From Tubiluchus corallicola (Eukaryota; Animalia; Priapulida), in NCBI GenBank assembly GCA_030141605.1, contig JAQGDQ010000179.1, positions 372,001-436,000 of the forward strand: a stretch of 64,000 nt of DNA. The letters run 5' to 3'. Below are positions 50,060 through 63,600 of the stretch, in pieces. The notes beneath the pieces were generated by a model. It had not been told where the DNA came from, ran no database searches, and saw nothing but the letters and a program-made list of their open reading frames with translations. The translations under genes were made by a program, and so were the position numbers. Within the stretch, counting starts at the first letter, position 1; every line of letters starts with the position of its first letter.

Positions 50060-52815
50060 CTTATTCTTATTATTATTCAGCATGGGTAATGAGCACTATG
50101 GGCATATACAGTATAAATGAAACTAGATGTATGTGTGATATATTATTCTAATATCTTTAAAACTAAAGGTTGCAGAGATTTCTTTAAGCAGGCAATCTGA
50201 ATATTTTTCATTGCCGTGTATATCCAATAGGTATTTCAGCAAGTTCATGTGGTGTTTAAAAAGTTGTGTAACTATATAATATGCTGTTTTGATGGGGATA
50301 CAGTTTAAAGTTTTGTATTTTCCTGACTATCTGTTATTTGAGGTTGCAAATAAGGACAAGAAAACCTTAAATATAGCTTAAAAAGTTCGTCCTGAAATTC
50401 ACATAAATGCTGTCTTTTTCCATACACAGCTTCTATTTTCTTCTCCTTCGATGGTCTCTATGACCAAGGAGCAAAATAATTAATAAGGACATTGGCTGAC
50501 TGAGGGACCAAACTACTTATCAATAGTAAACACTTAACACTTTTTCAAGGAATTAATCAAATGTAAACCCAAAGTCATTTAAGGATAAGAAAATTCAGAC
50601 ATCGTAGATTGCTTTGCCAAACTAACTAGCTAATGTAACTAAGTGACCCTTTGCCAGTTCGTCACCTGGCAGGCTGGCAATATTGCTGTTACTAATTTTT
50701 GCACAGTAAACCAATATTAATAAGCCGCAAGCCATTTATGGCAATCAAATTCCAAGACATTGCTATTACGGACAATTTGCTTATAACTAACTCTCGATAT
50801 GTTATTGCAGGATAAACAAAAGTGCACCACCAAGGTTTGAAGAGATCGATCCTGAAAAGCCACAGAAGGTAGTGGAACGTGCCTATTGGTTTTAGCTATT
50901 AAATCCTTTGTTCTGAGTGGCTAGGTTCCAGGTCCTGTTTAAACTTCTGTATAATTATTAAAATCATGAAATATCATTGGCATATATGTGCACAGCTCAA
51001 TTTACAAAAGGGCCACTACGCTGTGCTCACTGATTTTCAGGTTTCAATCTAATATACGTACGAAACCTGAGTTAGAAAGTGTGAACAATTTTATGCTTCC
51101 ACTATTTAGGACTCCATCGGACATATCTAATCAGTCACTAAGGCTGGCAGTAAGGTATGGTACGGTACGAAAAAAAAACTCTGAAAAGTACGTCACGGAA
51201 TTACTGTACCGTGTTTTTCTTACCTTTATCGTACCGTGTCCGTACTATTTTTATTGTAGTTATGTGTAACATTTCCATGATCAGCAACATTGCGTGATGA
51301 GTTGCTAGTGGATGGGGACTTACTGTTCTTTCCTAATTAACACAGAGCACACGTGTTAGTTAGAGAACGGCTAGATTGGTTTATTTTGAGTGCAAAAGTG
51401 GCAAGGTGTTTAGTAGCGCCAGTTGTCATTTATCGTAAGTTACGATCATTGTTATATGTAAACTGGGTAGATCCGCTCCCCACGTTTGATACGTCTTGAT
51501 TTGACTCTGCCGATCCTTGCAAAACACTAAATATTTAATAGCTGAATATCGCCTTGGTTAAATGTTTGCTTTCCCGAAAAAATTTTCGAGACGTACCGAC
51601 CTAACATATAATACAATAACCAGTGTGGGCACAGGATTTAATGACTATAGAAGCCACCATTGTCTGTGTATGCAAATATGTTACCTGCAGATGAAGTCAT
51701 CCACCTAGCAGCTGTTTAGGTAGGACACTTTAAATTTGAATTAACATTGAATGTTTATCACTAGCGAGCACGTGATTTAAGACAACCACCAAAAACTATT
51801 TAATAGGCCTAACGCATAGTGTCTGCCACAAAATTGTAAAATTATTAATTAAGCAAGAAATAGCTGAAAATAAATATATATCTTTTACATAATTGTGTAA
51901 CTTTTGTAATCTAAAATAAATAGTATGGAGTTCTAACAGCAGTTCTATTTTTATAGTATACATGAATTCATAATAAGAATTGATAAATTTACCGTTTTCA
52001 CAATTAATTTTTTATGCTACTACTATGTAGTATGTAACGGAATTACGGTACGGTATTTTTAAAGGTACGAAGTACTTTATTTTATTGTACTGTACAGTAC
52101 TGCCAGCCTTGTCAGTCGCTAAGGGTCTAACAAGTATCAGTGAAAATTATTGTACACTCCCGTGTCAACACTGTATCAGAACAGTGTGTGCCAATCTATT
52201 AAAGCTACAAAAGCAATAGAAAGTATGAAAATTTTCGTACCACGCTAGGACTCGAACCCAAGACTTTGTTGCTTTCCGTGTAACTATGCTGACATTTAGA
52301 AGCTTTGAATTGACTGGCACATGCATCTGCTCCTGTCTGCCTAGAGCTTTAAGACAAACAGACTAGATGTTAATATTGGAGCCTAATGAACGTCCCTTAG
52401 GTATCTCTGTTGTTGTGAGTTTCTAGTCAGACTAGAATAATTAATTTATTAAAGACGTCAAATTGTTTTTGTTTTTTGCTACTGTTTATCACAGATATAA
52501 AGTTTATCAAGCATAGATCTGCAATCCTTACATCAGTTTGTTGCTGTTATTAATTTAGTTTTCTTTCAGAACATTAGACGTACTGTAAAATAGGCTTGAA
52601 TGCATTTGGTTGAATGCGGTGATTTTAATTGTATTTGATATGACTGCAGGGATGGGATTAATTCAGTTTTATTTGCTATGTATCTACTGTACTGACTTCC
52701 TTGTTTTGTTTAAATTATTTTGCAGTTTATTACGATTGCGCAAGAATACAAGCGCATACCAGAATTGGAAAAAGTGAAAAGAGAAGTCAAAGAGCTCTGG
52801 AGACCTGGATCATAA
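48928..52815 (+). CDS. C15orf48: C15orf48/NMES1-like NDUFA4-family cytochrome c oxidase accessory micropeptide, copy A, 105 aa; coding exons 48928-49008, 49333-49421, 50811-50868, 52726-52815
   Basis: MSDKFREINKGYKSFGFGLKALGKYYE|LIPITAIIGLLSVGVAGFSIYSLFYKPDV|VINKSAPPRFEEIDPEKPQK|FITIAQEYKRIPELEKVKREVKELWRPGS*. ELIP, single TM helix, YSL.K.DV, P..E..DP..PQK.ITI.Q..K.I.EL resemble NMES1/C15orf48. Canonical GT-AG sites. Confidence 0.88.
51139..52111. mobile_element. hAT-like non-autonomous element in an intron of copy A
   Basis: TIR aaggctggcagta / tactgccagcctt, ggtac-rich subterminal repeats, and an 8-bp TSD tcagtcac (51131-51138) / tcagtcgc (52112-52119). Confidence 0.85.
52237..52290 (-). 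mobile_element. tRNA-derived SINE head fragment
   Basis: Minus-strand GGGTTCGAGTCC B-box/T-arm without a full cloverleaf; a similar fragment lies at ~39550-39590. Confidence 0.4.
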
Positions 52816-53339
52816 ACATGACAGTTTAAAAGGCATTCTTACGCTGTAGACGATTGTTTTGTGTGGTCAGTTGTTGACCATTGTTTACAACATGTATATG
52901 TATATTTTTTTTATGATGAGTTCTGTCATGACCAGTATGAAAGTGCTAATGTGCGAGGGCACTAATGGAAAAAACGTTAATATATGGAACCTTTATTTAA
53001 AAAATATAAAAAAGACAAAGACGTAGTTATAAAAAATTGTCAGTTTTGTTAGGTTTGAGTTTGACTATGCTTCCATATTTGAGAACGTAATCTTAGTTAA
53101 TAATTTATAAACCAAAAACAGTTAAATTGTAGCCTGCAACGTGATGTACACTATGACGCAAAAAATTGCAAAATAAATTGCGTTTTTGTAATTTGTTTCT
53201 CTTGCAGTGTTTCATGTATAATTATAATTATACATTCAGTGATGATACAATGTACATAATAAGTGTATCTTCATAGTATTGTTGTCCCTAACTGCTTCAT
53301 CTCAGCAAGTGGATACTTTTGTGTTTTTAGGCAAGAAGT

Positions 53340-53530
53340 CGTATGATGATGACGATGATGATAATGATGGTGATGATGATGATGACGATGATGATTGTGA
53401 TGACGATTAGGTGATTTTGGTGGTGATAATGATATTGACGGGTATAATGATGCTGACACACAAGGACTACTATGTAATTGTGACAATGATGATGATGGCA
53501 GTGATAATGATTATTATGATATTTGGCGAT
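53340..53530. repeat. (GAT)n-rich microsatellite
   Basis: Seen directly; source of His-rich ORF 53271-53486. Confidence 0.9.
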
Positions 53531-55799
53531 TCTTATCAGACTGATAAGATTATCATGATGATGTAGATGATAAAAGAACGATTATCATAAGGCTAACGGG
53601 CTAAAACTTCAATTTTTGCGGCTTGGCATAGACTTTTGGATCTGTCTATGTATTTTTGACTACTACATGTATAAAAGTCAATTGAAAATGTATTAGGCGA
53701 CTGGATTATGCTAGTGAAGTACGCACTGCGCAGAAAGAAAGAAATTCACGGATTCTGAGCTGTAATTGGCTATGACGCGCACTGTTATAAGCCCCCTGCC
53801 AGCCAATATTTTACTGCATTATGTGCCTTTCAGAGCCACTTGGCCACCGTGCTCTTAGCAGCCAGTTGCGCAATTCTTTACATATTTGTGTTATTCAGAA
53901 CTATTCGTTCATTGCAAAAAGAAAACGCTAAAAAGTAAGTTTAACCTAAGATTGATTTCTCTAAACGTTTTATTTTATTTATATAGAATGCATGGCTCTG
54001 AAGACGATGCTAGAGCAATGCTTGTTCGACACTTAGTATTAATTTTCCGTGGTTAATTTCATACGGGAAAACATTTTGTCGTGTTAAAACATTTGTAGAA
54101 TCAAAACTCTTAAGCATTTTTTACACTGAACATGACGCGAAACATTAGTTATTAATGAGAAGTACGTACATTGTTTTTGATGTTCAGAGATAAATCTTGA
54201 AATTTATTAAAGCTTTACAACCCTCGCGTTTTTGTGTTGCTCAGAGCGCTAAATCACACAGAATCATCTAGAAGATTGAAAGTAAAAAATTATCGATTCG
54301 AAAGTTGAAAGCGTGCCCGTGCCTCTGCATTGCGCATGTCTCGACAAAAATCTGATAGACAGAGCATTAAGAGCAGAGATAACGGTACTGTTACGATAGC
54401 TTGCTATTGTAGTGAAAAAAACTGCGAAGCTATCATACAGTACCGTAAAATGTAATTCCGTTTATAAGTGGGGATTATTTGTAGGAACTTCTAGTCCACA
54501 GTTATAGTCATTTTTGAGCTATATTGTTTGATAACTTTTTGTAATCATGACCAATAATCTTTCAGTTTTTGGCGAAAGAATAGGTCCAATTGAATTTTGT
54601 TGTAGAAAGTATAAGGGGCAGCTGTATAATCATTGATATAAACTGAAATACTAAAACAATTTGCCCTTGACTGATTTTTTTTTCGTCATCGGTTAAGTTT
54701 ATCAGCAAACATTTTACTATGTTATAATTATTTTATTAAAACTAGAAATCCAAAAAACGCCATTTAAGTATTTCAATTTCCAAACTGAACTGTGTGTTGA
54801 AATTCTGAGACTGTGAAAAATAATTAAGACTTTAATGTTGGTAATTCCGAGTCGCATGTCTTCCTGCAACTTAGGCGCATGCGCAAGAGTGTTAATCGGT
54901 CGCATTCTTGTCCGGAAAAGGATGCCGAAACGTTAGAACGCTTAAGTATTCTTTTTGGAATAAGATTTATTTTTTGTGGAACGAGTTCGAATCACTGGCA
55001 CACATAAAGCTTTCCGAGTGACTCCAGCCCGCTCATACATCAACATCTTTAGCGCGTTACGCAATACATCATATTTCTTTAAATACACATGATTATAAAC
55101 ACGTACCACTGAAAGAAAAAACGAACCCGCAATGTTCATGCCGTAAAGTTGAACATTTAGAAATTAATACTAGGTTCTCACGATTTTTAAAATTTGCATC
55201 ACTGTACAGATTGTTGTATTTGTGCAGGCCAGTTATGTCGTTATAGACAAAGTTCAGTTCAGTTAGGCACAGAATCAACTAATAACGGTAGATGGCTAAA
55301 TAACCCTGTAAAATAACGGTAATATTAATGTTCTCTGACATAAGCCCAAACTGAAAAATCGATTATCGAAATCAGCTTATCGATTTTCCACCGGCTTAAC
55401 GTAAAAGGCATAAAAATTTGTATAAGAGATTGAGCGGATGCATTAATAAGCTGCATAAGCCAAAGTTTTTTGTGCGAATAGTGTTGATGTAGGCCTATAA
55501 AGCAGAAAATTTTTGTACGAATATTTACTATTATAAAATCGATAAATACGTAAAGTAATAAACGCTGATATTTCTGAGCTTATTAATGATTTTTTGTCAA
55601 AAAAACAAGACTTGTATAAGTCTCATGGGATTTTGGTATTGTTATAAACATGGTGTAACTAGATCTTCTGTTCTTGTGCTGTTCACAAAAAACTCACAGC
55701 AGCATGCCTTAACCGCAGTGCAGCGTTTTGGTTTAAGATCCACGTGCGAATTTCATCGGTATCACATTTTTGTGTAGGCAAAGAATCTCGTTTGTCACA

Positions 55800-58419
55800 A
55801 TGCCGGAGAAATTTCGAGAAATTAACAAAGGATACAAATCTTTCGGGTTTGGATTAAGGTCTCTAAAAAAGAATTACGAGGTAGGTTAATACAGCTGAGA
55901 ATTCAGTCTGCTCAGTGTTTTTAATAGTCTGCTGAAAGACAGAAAGAGAGAGAGAAGGAGAGACAGAAATGCTGAAGCTGCAGTATACATGCACAAGATG
56001 TTATTGTTACGAATGTGATTTTCAGTGCGTCCTGCCAGTGATACTCTGAAGCCTACAGCAGGAAATCATTCGGCAGGACGCTGTAGACTGCTTCCTTATG
56101 GGAAGACTTACTGTATTAAGGTCATAAACTATTTTTCTTCGAACGTTTATCAAGGTTTATAATTATAATACACCTCTTCTTGACTAGCACTTGGTTTTGA
56201 AGGTTGTGGTGGTGGTGAAGAAATGAAACTAAGATAGTTAGCAAATCAAACACATGCATACACAAATTAAAATCAACATCAAAATAGCTTCAGGGCAAGA
56301 TTGCAAAACTGAAAGGATGAAATGCAATAGCTACCTTTCCTCTTTCTTAAAATAGCTTAATATTAGCAAAGTAATCACTAGAACTGCTATTGCGTATCTA
56401 TAGCAGTGTATCGATATCTACAAAGACCAATACCAGTGAGTTTCATCTGGCCTAGTCTTGCAATATATTTAGGGGCTAATTTAAGCAGATGCAGAAACAA
56501 AACTCCACAGCTTATAACAGCAACACCTAATATAGTGCTTCAGGGTTCAGACCTTACTACTTAATTAAGAGCTGAAAAATCACTTTAAGCTAGGTTAGAT
56601 GAAACCGTAAAACTTATGGTTACTTGTGGAGCTACAAAAGTAGTACAGCACCAAGACGATTAGGTAAAAGACGATAACTTCTAAACTGTCACAAACACCT
56701 CAAATAATGACAAGTGAAGGAAAGCTAGCATTAATGAAATTATTACAGCCTGCAAAATGACCATCGAAAAAAACTAGCGGAAACTAAATAATAAACGTCT
56801 GTAAGCCACTGAAATGTTGTTTATATCTTTTGTCATTTATTACTACGTTTACACTTTTTCCTTGTTAATTATAGCTCGTAACGCTACATTTGGTATCGGC
56901 GTTTGTTAAAAAAAGTCAACATTGTCGTGTATCCCAGTTTCTCCTCTTTCCAAAGAGCTCTATATTTCCTTCCAAGACCCCCACCTACTTAGACGTTTAC
57001 TTGTACAATGTGTTCCTCTGGGTGCAGGACTGGTAGGTGAAATACCTCCAAAACGATAGTTTTTTGCCTATTGCCGGAGCACCGTGTACAAAGAAAGCCC
57101 TAGAAGCGATAAGTGGGGATCTTGGGGCGAAATTTATCGCTCTTTCGAAAGACAGGAAGCCGGATTACACGACGATTACGTGTTTTTTTTAGAAGTGCCT
57201 CTACCAGGGTGAAGGGCCATCACGAGATAGTTTGAGGAACGTTTTTGGACGATTGTAGTTTGCATTGTTTGTTTGCTACATTAATCACAATTTTTTTCAG
57301 CTTATTCCCATTGCTGGAATAATGGGGCTGTTCACCGTTGGATTAACCGGCTTTACACTTTACAGTTTATTTTACAAGACTGATGTTGTGTAAGTTTGTA
57401 TTTATGACTCTTAGTGTAAGTTTATAAAAAATTATTATATTGTTACTCAGTACCATCATGCAGGCTTTAAAACAGATTTATGGTAATAAAATTTTCAAGG
57501 TAATAACACGCAAAGTAGGCCTATTATGATTTTATTTATTGAAATGTCATTACAGGATAAACAGAAATGCACCTCCAAGGTTTGAAGAGATCAATCCCGA
57601 ACAACCACAGAAGGTAATGTAGTTACTTGCTCACCCACTTTTAAATCTCGCACAATTTCAATGCGGGAACACGCCGCGCGCTTATACATGTTTCTTTTCA
57701 GAAGGTGTTTATGGAGTGCTGAAACCACTCAACTATTGTAAATTTCTTTTAATACAGGTTTCTGTTGGTATACTGATGACAGAACGTAAATAAAAATAGC
57801 TCGTGTATACGGGGCGTTCCAAAGAAAACAGTACTCTAACAAGTACTATAAGCATACCAACGTTAGACCAGACAAGGCCAATATGCCCAATAAGTATGGT
57901 CATGCTGAAAGAATTGTTTGTAATTGTAGCATTTTTATTATTTTTAATGACTGTGGTTTTAGATGTTCCTTGATATAATTGCAAATGTAGTTTTAATTGT
58001 GTATGTATTTTATGTAATCTGTGAGCTAGCTGCGAAATACAGAATCTAATCTGATCTAATCTAATCTAATCATGCCACAAAATATGGCAGGAAAATTGGA
58101 TTTTGTATAGAGCTAGGAAATAATAATAATTTTTATATTATTGTGAAGCTAAATGCAGAAGTGCAAGTTAAGTTTGTCATATTTTTACTGTATTGTTTTT
58201 TAATACCCTGTAGACTGACTCATTGATGAAAATAGAAATCGCTGCACGACATGCATCAAAGTAAATTTTCAGTTACTTGTTCATCGTGGTTGATACTCTA
58301 TTAAAATTAATAGCTATACATTTGCTTTTTTGCAGTTTTATACGATTGCGCAAGAATATAAACGTATCCCGGAATTGGAAAGAGCGAAAAGAGAAGTCGC
58401 AGAGCTGAGGAGCTCATAG
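55800..58419 (+). CDS. C15orf48: C15orf48/NMES1-like micropeptide, copy B, 103 aa; coding exons 55800-55880, 57301-57389, 57556-57613, 58336-58419
   Basis: MPEKFREINKGYKSFGFGLRSLKKNYE|LIPIAGIMGLFTVGLTGFTLYSLFYKTDV|VINRNAPPRFEEINPEQPQK|FYTIAQEYKRIPELERAKREVAELRSS*. Same exon sizes (81/89/58) as copy A and ~74% aa identity by hand count; AATAAA at ~58495. Confidence 0.88.
56920..57180. repeat. Imperfect long palindrome related to the Helitron interior
   Basis: tcgtgtatcccagtttctcctctttccaaagagc...aagacccccac is mirrored by gtggggatctt...gctctttcgaaagacaggaagccggattacacga; the arm resembles 60950-61012. Confidence 0.65.
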
Positions 58420-59099
58420 ACTCTACTCTATTGCCAATAGGACATGTTCTCTATTGTTTAGTGATAATTGCGTCCCCGTGTTTTGTTGTAAATTAATAAA
58501 ATTATGTAGTCGCTTTGTTTGTGATAACTTCTTTGCAACGTGGCCTATCGTTAGATGCTGCCATCATAATTATGCTGCTGTTCATACGTTTTGCCTTTCT
58601 GAACGTGACATACTTAGCTGCGTAATTAGTGAGAACTTAGCTTGATGCAGCCTAGCATCCCATTCAACTTGCCATAAAGGCAAAATTTTCTGTGGATTGA
58701 TTGCAGACTTGCAGTTTTGCTAAATGAAAAGAAAGTCCAAGAATTTCAAATCAGTAAAAAAAGTAAAGCAGTTCTCCTACTCTTCTGTCTGTTGTATTGT
58801 GAACTTGTCAATTTTTTACAATAATCAGGCGCCGAAAGTCCTTAATTTAATTAAATTTATTAACACTCAATTAAAATTTACAGTGTATATACATAATTAT
58901 AATAATACAACACTGTACATTACAATTCAATAAAAAATTACTGTAAAAAAAGTAAAATTTTGAGTGTTGGGAGGCACAATGAGAAAAATTGCTTACGTAT
59001 GCCTTTTATATTTCAGAATTATCAAGATCAGCTAAACATAACGTTTTACTCATTTAACAAACTTAACATTTGACATTTGTTGCTGTCACAAGCAGTTCG

Positions 59100-59780
59100 C
59101 AGAATTTGGAAGTGAGTTACCCATAAGTGAACAAATCGGTTTGAAAAAAATTAAAACGTTTTATAAAATTTTGTTCTATGTACAAAAACTTTCGTAGATC
59201 AGGTGGAGCCCCAGTAAAAATTTCTCAAACCTACTTCTTTATAAATGATTTTATAGCACATACACGATCATTTTGAATTCGTCTTTTTTAATAGCATTAA
59301 ATTTGAGCTTTTAGTCTGTCAGGGTATGAGTTACCAACCATAAAACATCTCAAAAGAGTTTACGATATCAATGTCATTCAGCTGATATGGACACCATTAT
59401 TTGAAATGGTAATGCCAAGACCACGCACAACAGCCGCTGATTCAGTTTGGTTATGTGAAATGAGATGGTTATTACTGGGATTGTCTCTATCAATGTGTAC
59501 AGCATTACACTTTTAGTAGCTATCTTTACCTGGCACGTATTTGCCCATTCAATGTGCTATCTAATATTCGTTGCATATCATACGACCTGTTCTTGTAAAG
59601 GACTGACAGAACTTGACATCATCAGCAAAGATATAGTACCTTTCAGGCAAATCATTGATGAAGAGCAAAATGCAGGGCCTATTTCAGGGGGGGGGGGAGT
59701 GGGGAAACTTCCCCAGGGCCTCACCCTCCAGGGGGCCTCGCGCCGAGGTAACATTTTTTTGGTTTATGCGAACATACTGC

Positions 59781-59831
<51 letters not shown>

Positions 59832-60590
59832 CCGCACGCGCGCCGCTTGCCTTGTGCGGCTGGGTGCGATGTTCAGCTGTTTTCAATTTCGGAATTTCTA
59901 ACACCGGATGATTACCCGATTGCAAGATTGCTACTTGACAAGTATTAAGGACTGGTCTTGAGAATAAAGCAGTTTTTCTTTCAATTGTTCTTTCCTTTAA
60001 CAACTTTAGCAGTTCAAAAATTTTCTGTGCGCCAACCACGCTTAAGCTGAAATAGGCCCTGGCAAAATGAATATTTCGTTGTGGTAAAGGTTATTCACCG
60101 GTCACGCAATTCAGAAATAAGCAATTCATTGTAACAGTGGACATTGTATACGAAAGACTGCAATTGTGCAAAAGACTTGTATTGATTATACTGTATCAAA
60201 GACCTTTTCAAAATCCATTTAGCACTTTACCCCAGTTCTATTACAATGTTCCAGTCACACAAACATTCTAACAACTGTGTACATGTGAACTTGCCTATCA
60301 GAAAACCACGTTGTTAACGAGATAAAAGATTTTTCATTGTTGGATATTTAATGACATCTTCTGCAATAACCATCTCCATCAAATTGCATGTTACACTACT
60401 CAGCGTCACTGGTTTGTAGTTTTCTGGATCAGAACTTTCGCTTTTCTTTTGAATATTAGATTTACAACTACCAGTTTCCATTCTGTTGGTAAAACACCAT
60501 CAACGAAAGACGTTTCACAAGTAATTGAAGAGGTGCAAATTACACATTAGCAAGAGATTTCATCTGAAGTTCGACGTTTGATAACGCTGG
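59100..60590 (-). mobile_element. Decayed LINE RT remnant split by a MITE
   Basis: The minus strand reads LFINDLPERYYIFADDVK just left of 59672. Boundaries are approximate. Confidence 0.55.
59673..60061. mobile_element. Young hAT-type MITE with internal (CT)n
   Basis: Perfect 15-bp TIR cagggcctatttcag / ctgaaataggccctg and perfect 8-bp TSD gcaaaatg (59665-59672, 60062-60069). Confidence 0.93.
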
Positions 60591-60612
60591 ACCAAAGCAA
60601 AATAATTACTAA

Positions 60613-63600
60613 CTAGCAAAGGCCCCGCAAAAGATTTTGCGTATAAATACACGTGTAATCAATAATACGCAAACGTCCTACCAAGTCCTCATTTATAACA
60701 CAAAGCCCGTAACATCCTGCCTACTTACCTAACGCAGTAGGCTGTAGCAGCGTTTACTCGTGCCTACTGTATGCTTAACTAACGCAAAGCAGCTTTTTGC
60801 TGAATTAAGCCAGCAGAGTACAATGGATGACGTCAGCACAATGGAATTCGTCACAACAGTTTTCTAAGCGAAAATTGCCGAAAATAGAACAGCTAATTAA
60901 CTCGTCGGTACTCCTCTCGGTGGACCTGCCCTAACATATAGCCCACATCATCGTGTAGCCCTGTCCTTCCTCTTTGTAAAGAGCTATATATCTCCTTCCC
61001 AGAGTCCCACCGGGCGACGCTAGAACGTTTTTCCCGCAGGCTGTTTGGTCAAAATTTCGAAAAAATCGCGAGTTGGGTCCGGGAAAACGCCCGTTGCGGG
61101 GCGCCCTGGCCCTCTCGGGAATTCTAAATATGCCTACTACACCCACCGCTGAACGGGCTATCTATCCATACCCAGTACCCCCCTCGGCCCGTTCCCGTTC
61201 TCTACATCTCAGCCGTATAACTTTTGCAATTTTTTGCAAAAAACGGCCGAAAAAGGGCCATTTTTGGAGGTTTTTCGCCCCCCGTTCCTCCCGGTGGGCC
61301 CGATTCGAAAAATAAACCATCAATGGCACGACACTAGATCGAGACCTTTCGTTTGTTATATAGATTGCCGCAAATGGTGCCGTCGTCGAAGCTGTAGCCT
61401 CGAATCTTATATATATATATATACCAAGAATATTAATATAAGAGACTAGCCAAACCCCACAAAAAGAATTTTGTGCACAAATCAACACACAACCCACACC
61501 ACACCACTCCACCTCATCACACCACACTGCACCACACCATACCACTCCACCTCATCGCACCACACTGCACCACACAATACCACCACACCGCACCGCACCA
61601 CACCATACCACCTACACACCACCCACACCATATCACTCCACCACATCACACCACAGTGCACCACAGCATACCACTGCATCACCCACACACCACACCACCC
61701 ACACCATAATACTCCACCACATCACACCGCACAGCACCACACCACCCACCCACCTACACACCACACCACTCCACCACATCACACCACACCGCACCACACC
61801 ATACCACTGCAGCACACCACACCACCCACACACCACACCACACCACCCACACCATACGACTCCACCACATCACACCACACTGCACCACACCATATCACCA
61901 CACCACACCACCCACACCATAATACTCCACCACATCACACCGCACTGCACCACACCATAACACCACACTGCACCACAACACCCACCCATACACAAACCAC
62001 GCCACCCACTCCATACCACACTACCCACACCACAACCCACACACCCTATCACCCCACCACACCATCCATAGCACAACACACAAAGCACACCACCACCACA
62101 CCACATCAAATCCACCACCTCACGTGGTGATCATGATGTTGATGATGATGGTGGTGGTGGCAACGATGACGACACAAGCACCAACAGCACAGCATTACAA
62201 CAAAACCATTCCAAACATTTTTCACAAAGTTGAAACTATGTGCTATAATATAATAAATAGCAAAGGCCCCGCAAAAGATTTTGCGTAAAAAACCACGTGT
62301 AATCAATAATACGCGAACATCCTACCTAGTCCTCATTTATAACACAAAGCCCGTAACATCATGCCTACTGTTTGTTTAACTAACGCAAAGCCTGTAGCTT
62401 TTTGCTGAATTAAAGTTATAAGCAGAGTAGAATACAATGGATGACGTCACAACAATGCCTTTGCGTCAGCAGTTTTCTAAGCGAAAATTGCCGAAAATGG
62501 AACCTCTAATTAACTCGTTGATACTCCTCTCGGTGGACCTGCCCTAAAATATATCCCACATCATCGTGTAGCCCTGTCCTTCCTCTTTGTAAAGAGCCCC
62601 ATATCTCCTTCCGAGAGTCCCACCGGGCGCCGCTAGAACGTTTTTCCCGCATGCTGTTTGGTCAAAATTTCGAAAAAATCGCGAGTTGGGTCCGGGAAAA
62701 CGCCCGTTGCGGGACGCCGTGGCCCTCTCGGGAATTCTAAATAGGCCTATGACACCCACCGCTGAACGGGCTATCTATCCATACCCAGCACCCCCCTCGG
62801 CCCGTTCCCGTTCTCTACATCTCAGCCGTATAACTTTTGCAAAAAACGGCCGAAAAGGGCCATTTTTGGAGGTTTTTCGCCTCCCGTTCCTCCCGGTGGG
62901 CCCGATTCGAAAAATAAACCATCAATGGCACGACACTAGATCGAGACCTTTCGTTTGATATATAGATCGCCGCAAATGGTGCCCTCGTCCGGGCTGTAGC
63001 CTCGAATCTTATATATATATAAATAAATAAATAATATATATACTAGCCAAACCCCACAAAAAGAATTTTGTGCACAAATCAACACACAACCCACACCACA
63101 CCACTCCACCCCATCACACCACACTGCACCACACCATACCACTCCACCTCATCGCACCACACTGCACCACACAATACCACCACACCGCACCGCACCACAT
63201 CATACCACCTACACACCACACCACCCACACCATACCACTGCACCACCCACACACCACACCACACCACCCACACCATAATACTCCATCACATCACACCGCA
63301 CAGCACCACACCATAACACCACACTGCACCACACCACCCACCCACCTACACACCACACCACTCACACCATACCACTCCACCACATCACACCGCACCACAC
63401 CATACCACTGCAGCACACCACACCACCCACACACCACACCACACCACCCACACCATAATACTCCACACATTACACCACACTGCACCACACCATACCACTG
63501 CAGCACACCGCACCACCCACACACCACACCACCCACACCATACGACTCCACCACATCACACCGCACAGCACCACACCATAACACCACACTGCACCACACC

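Noticed and set aside
52928-52970. SECIS-like ATGA...AAA in the copy A 3'UTR
   Set aside because: No properly placed GA quartet partner and no in-frame TGA in the gene.
57648-57655. TCGCACAA, a perfect site for the candidate miRNA seed, in copy B
   Set aside because: Intronic and expected by chance in a window of this size.
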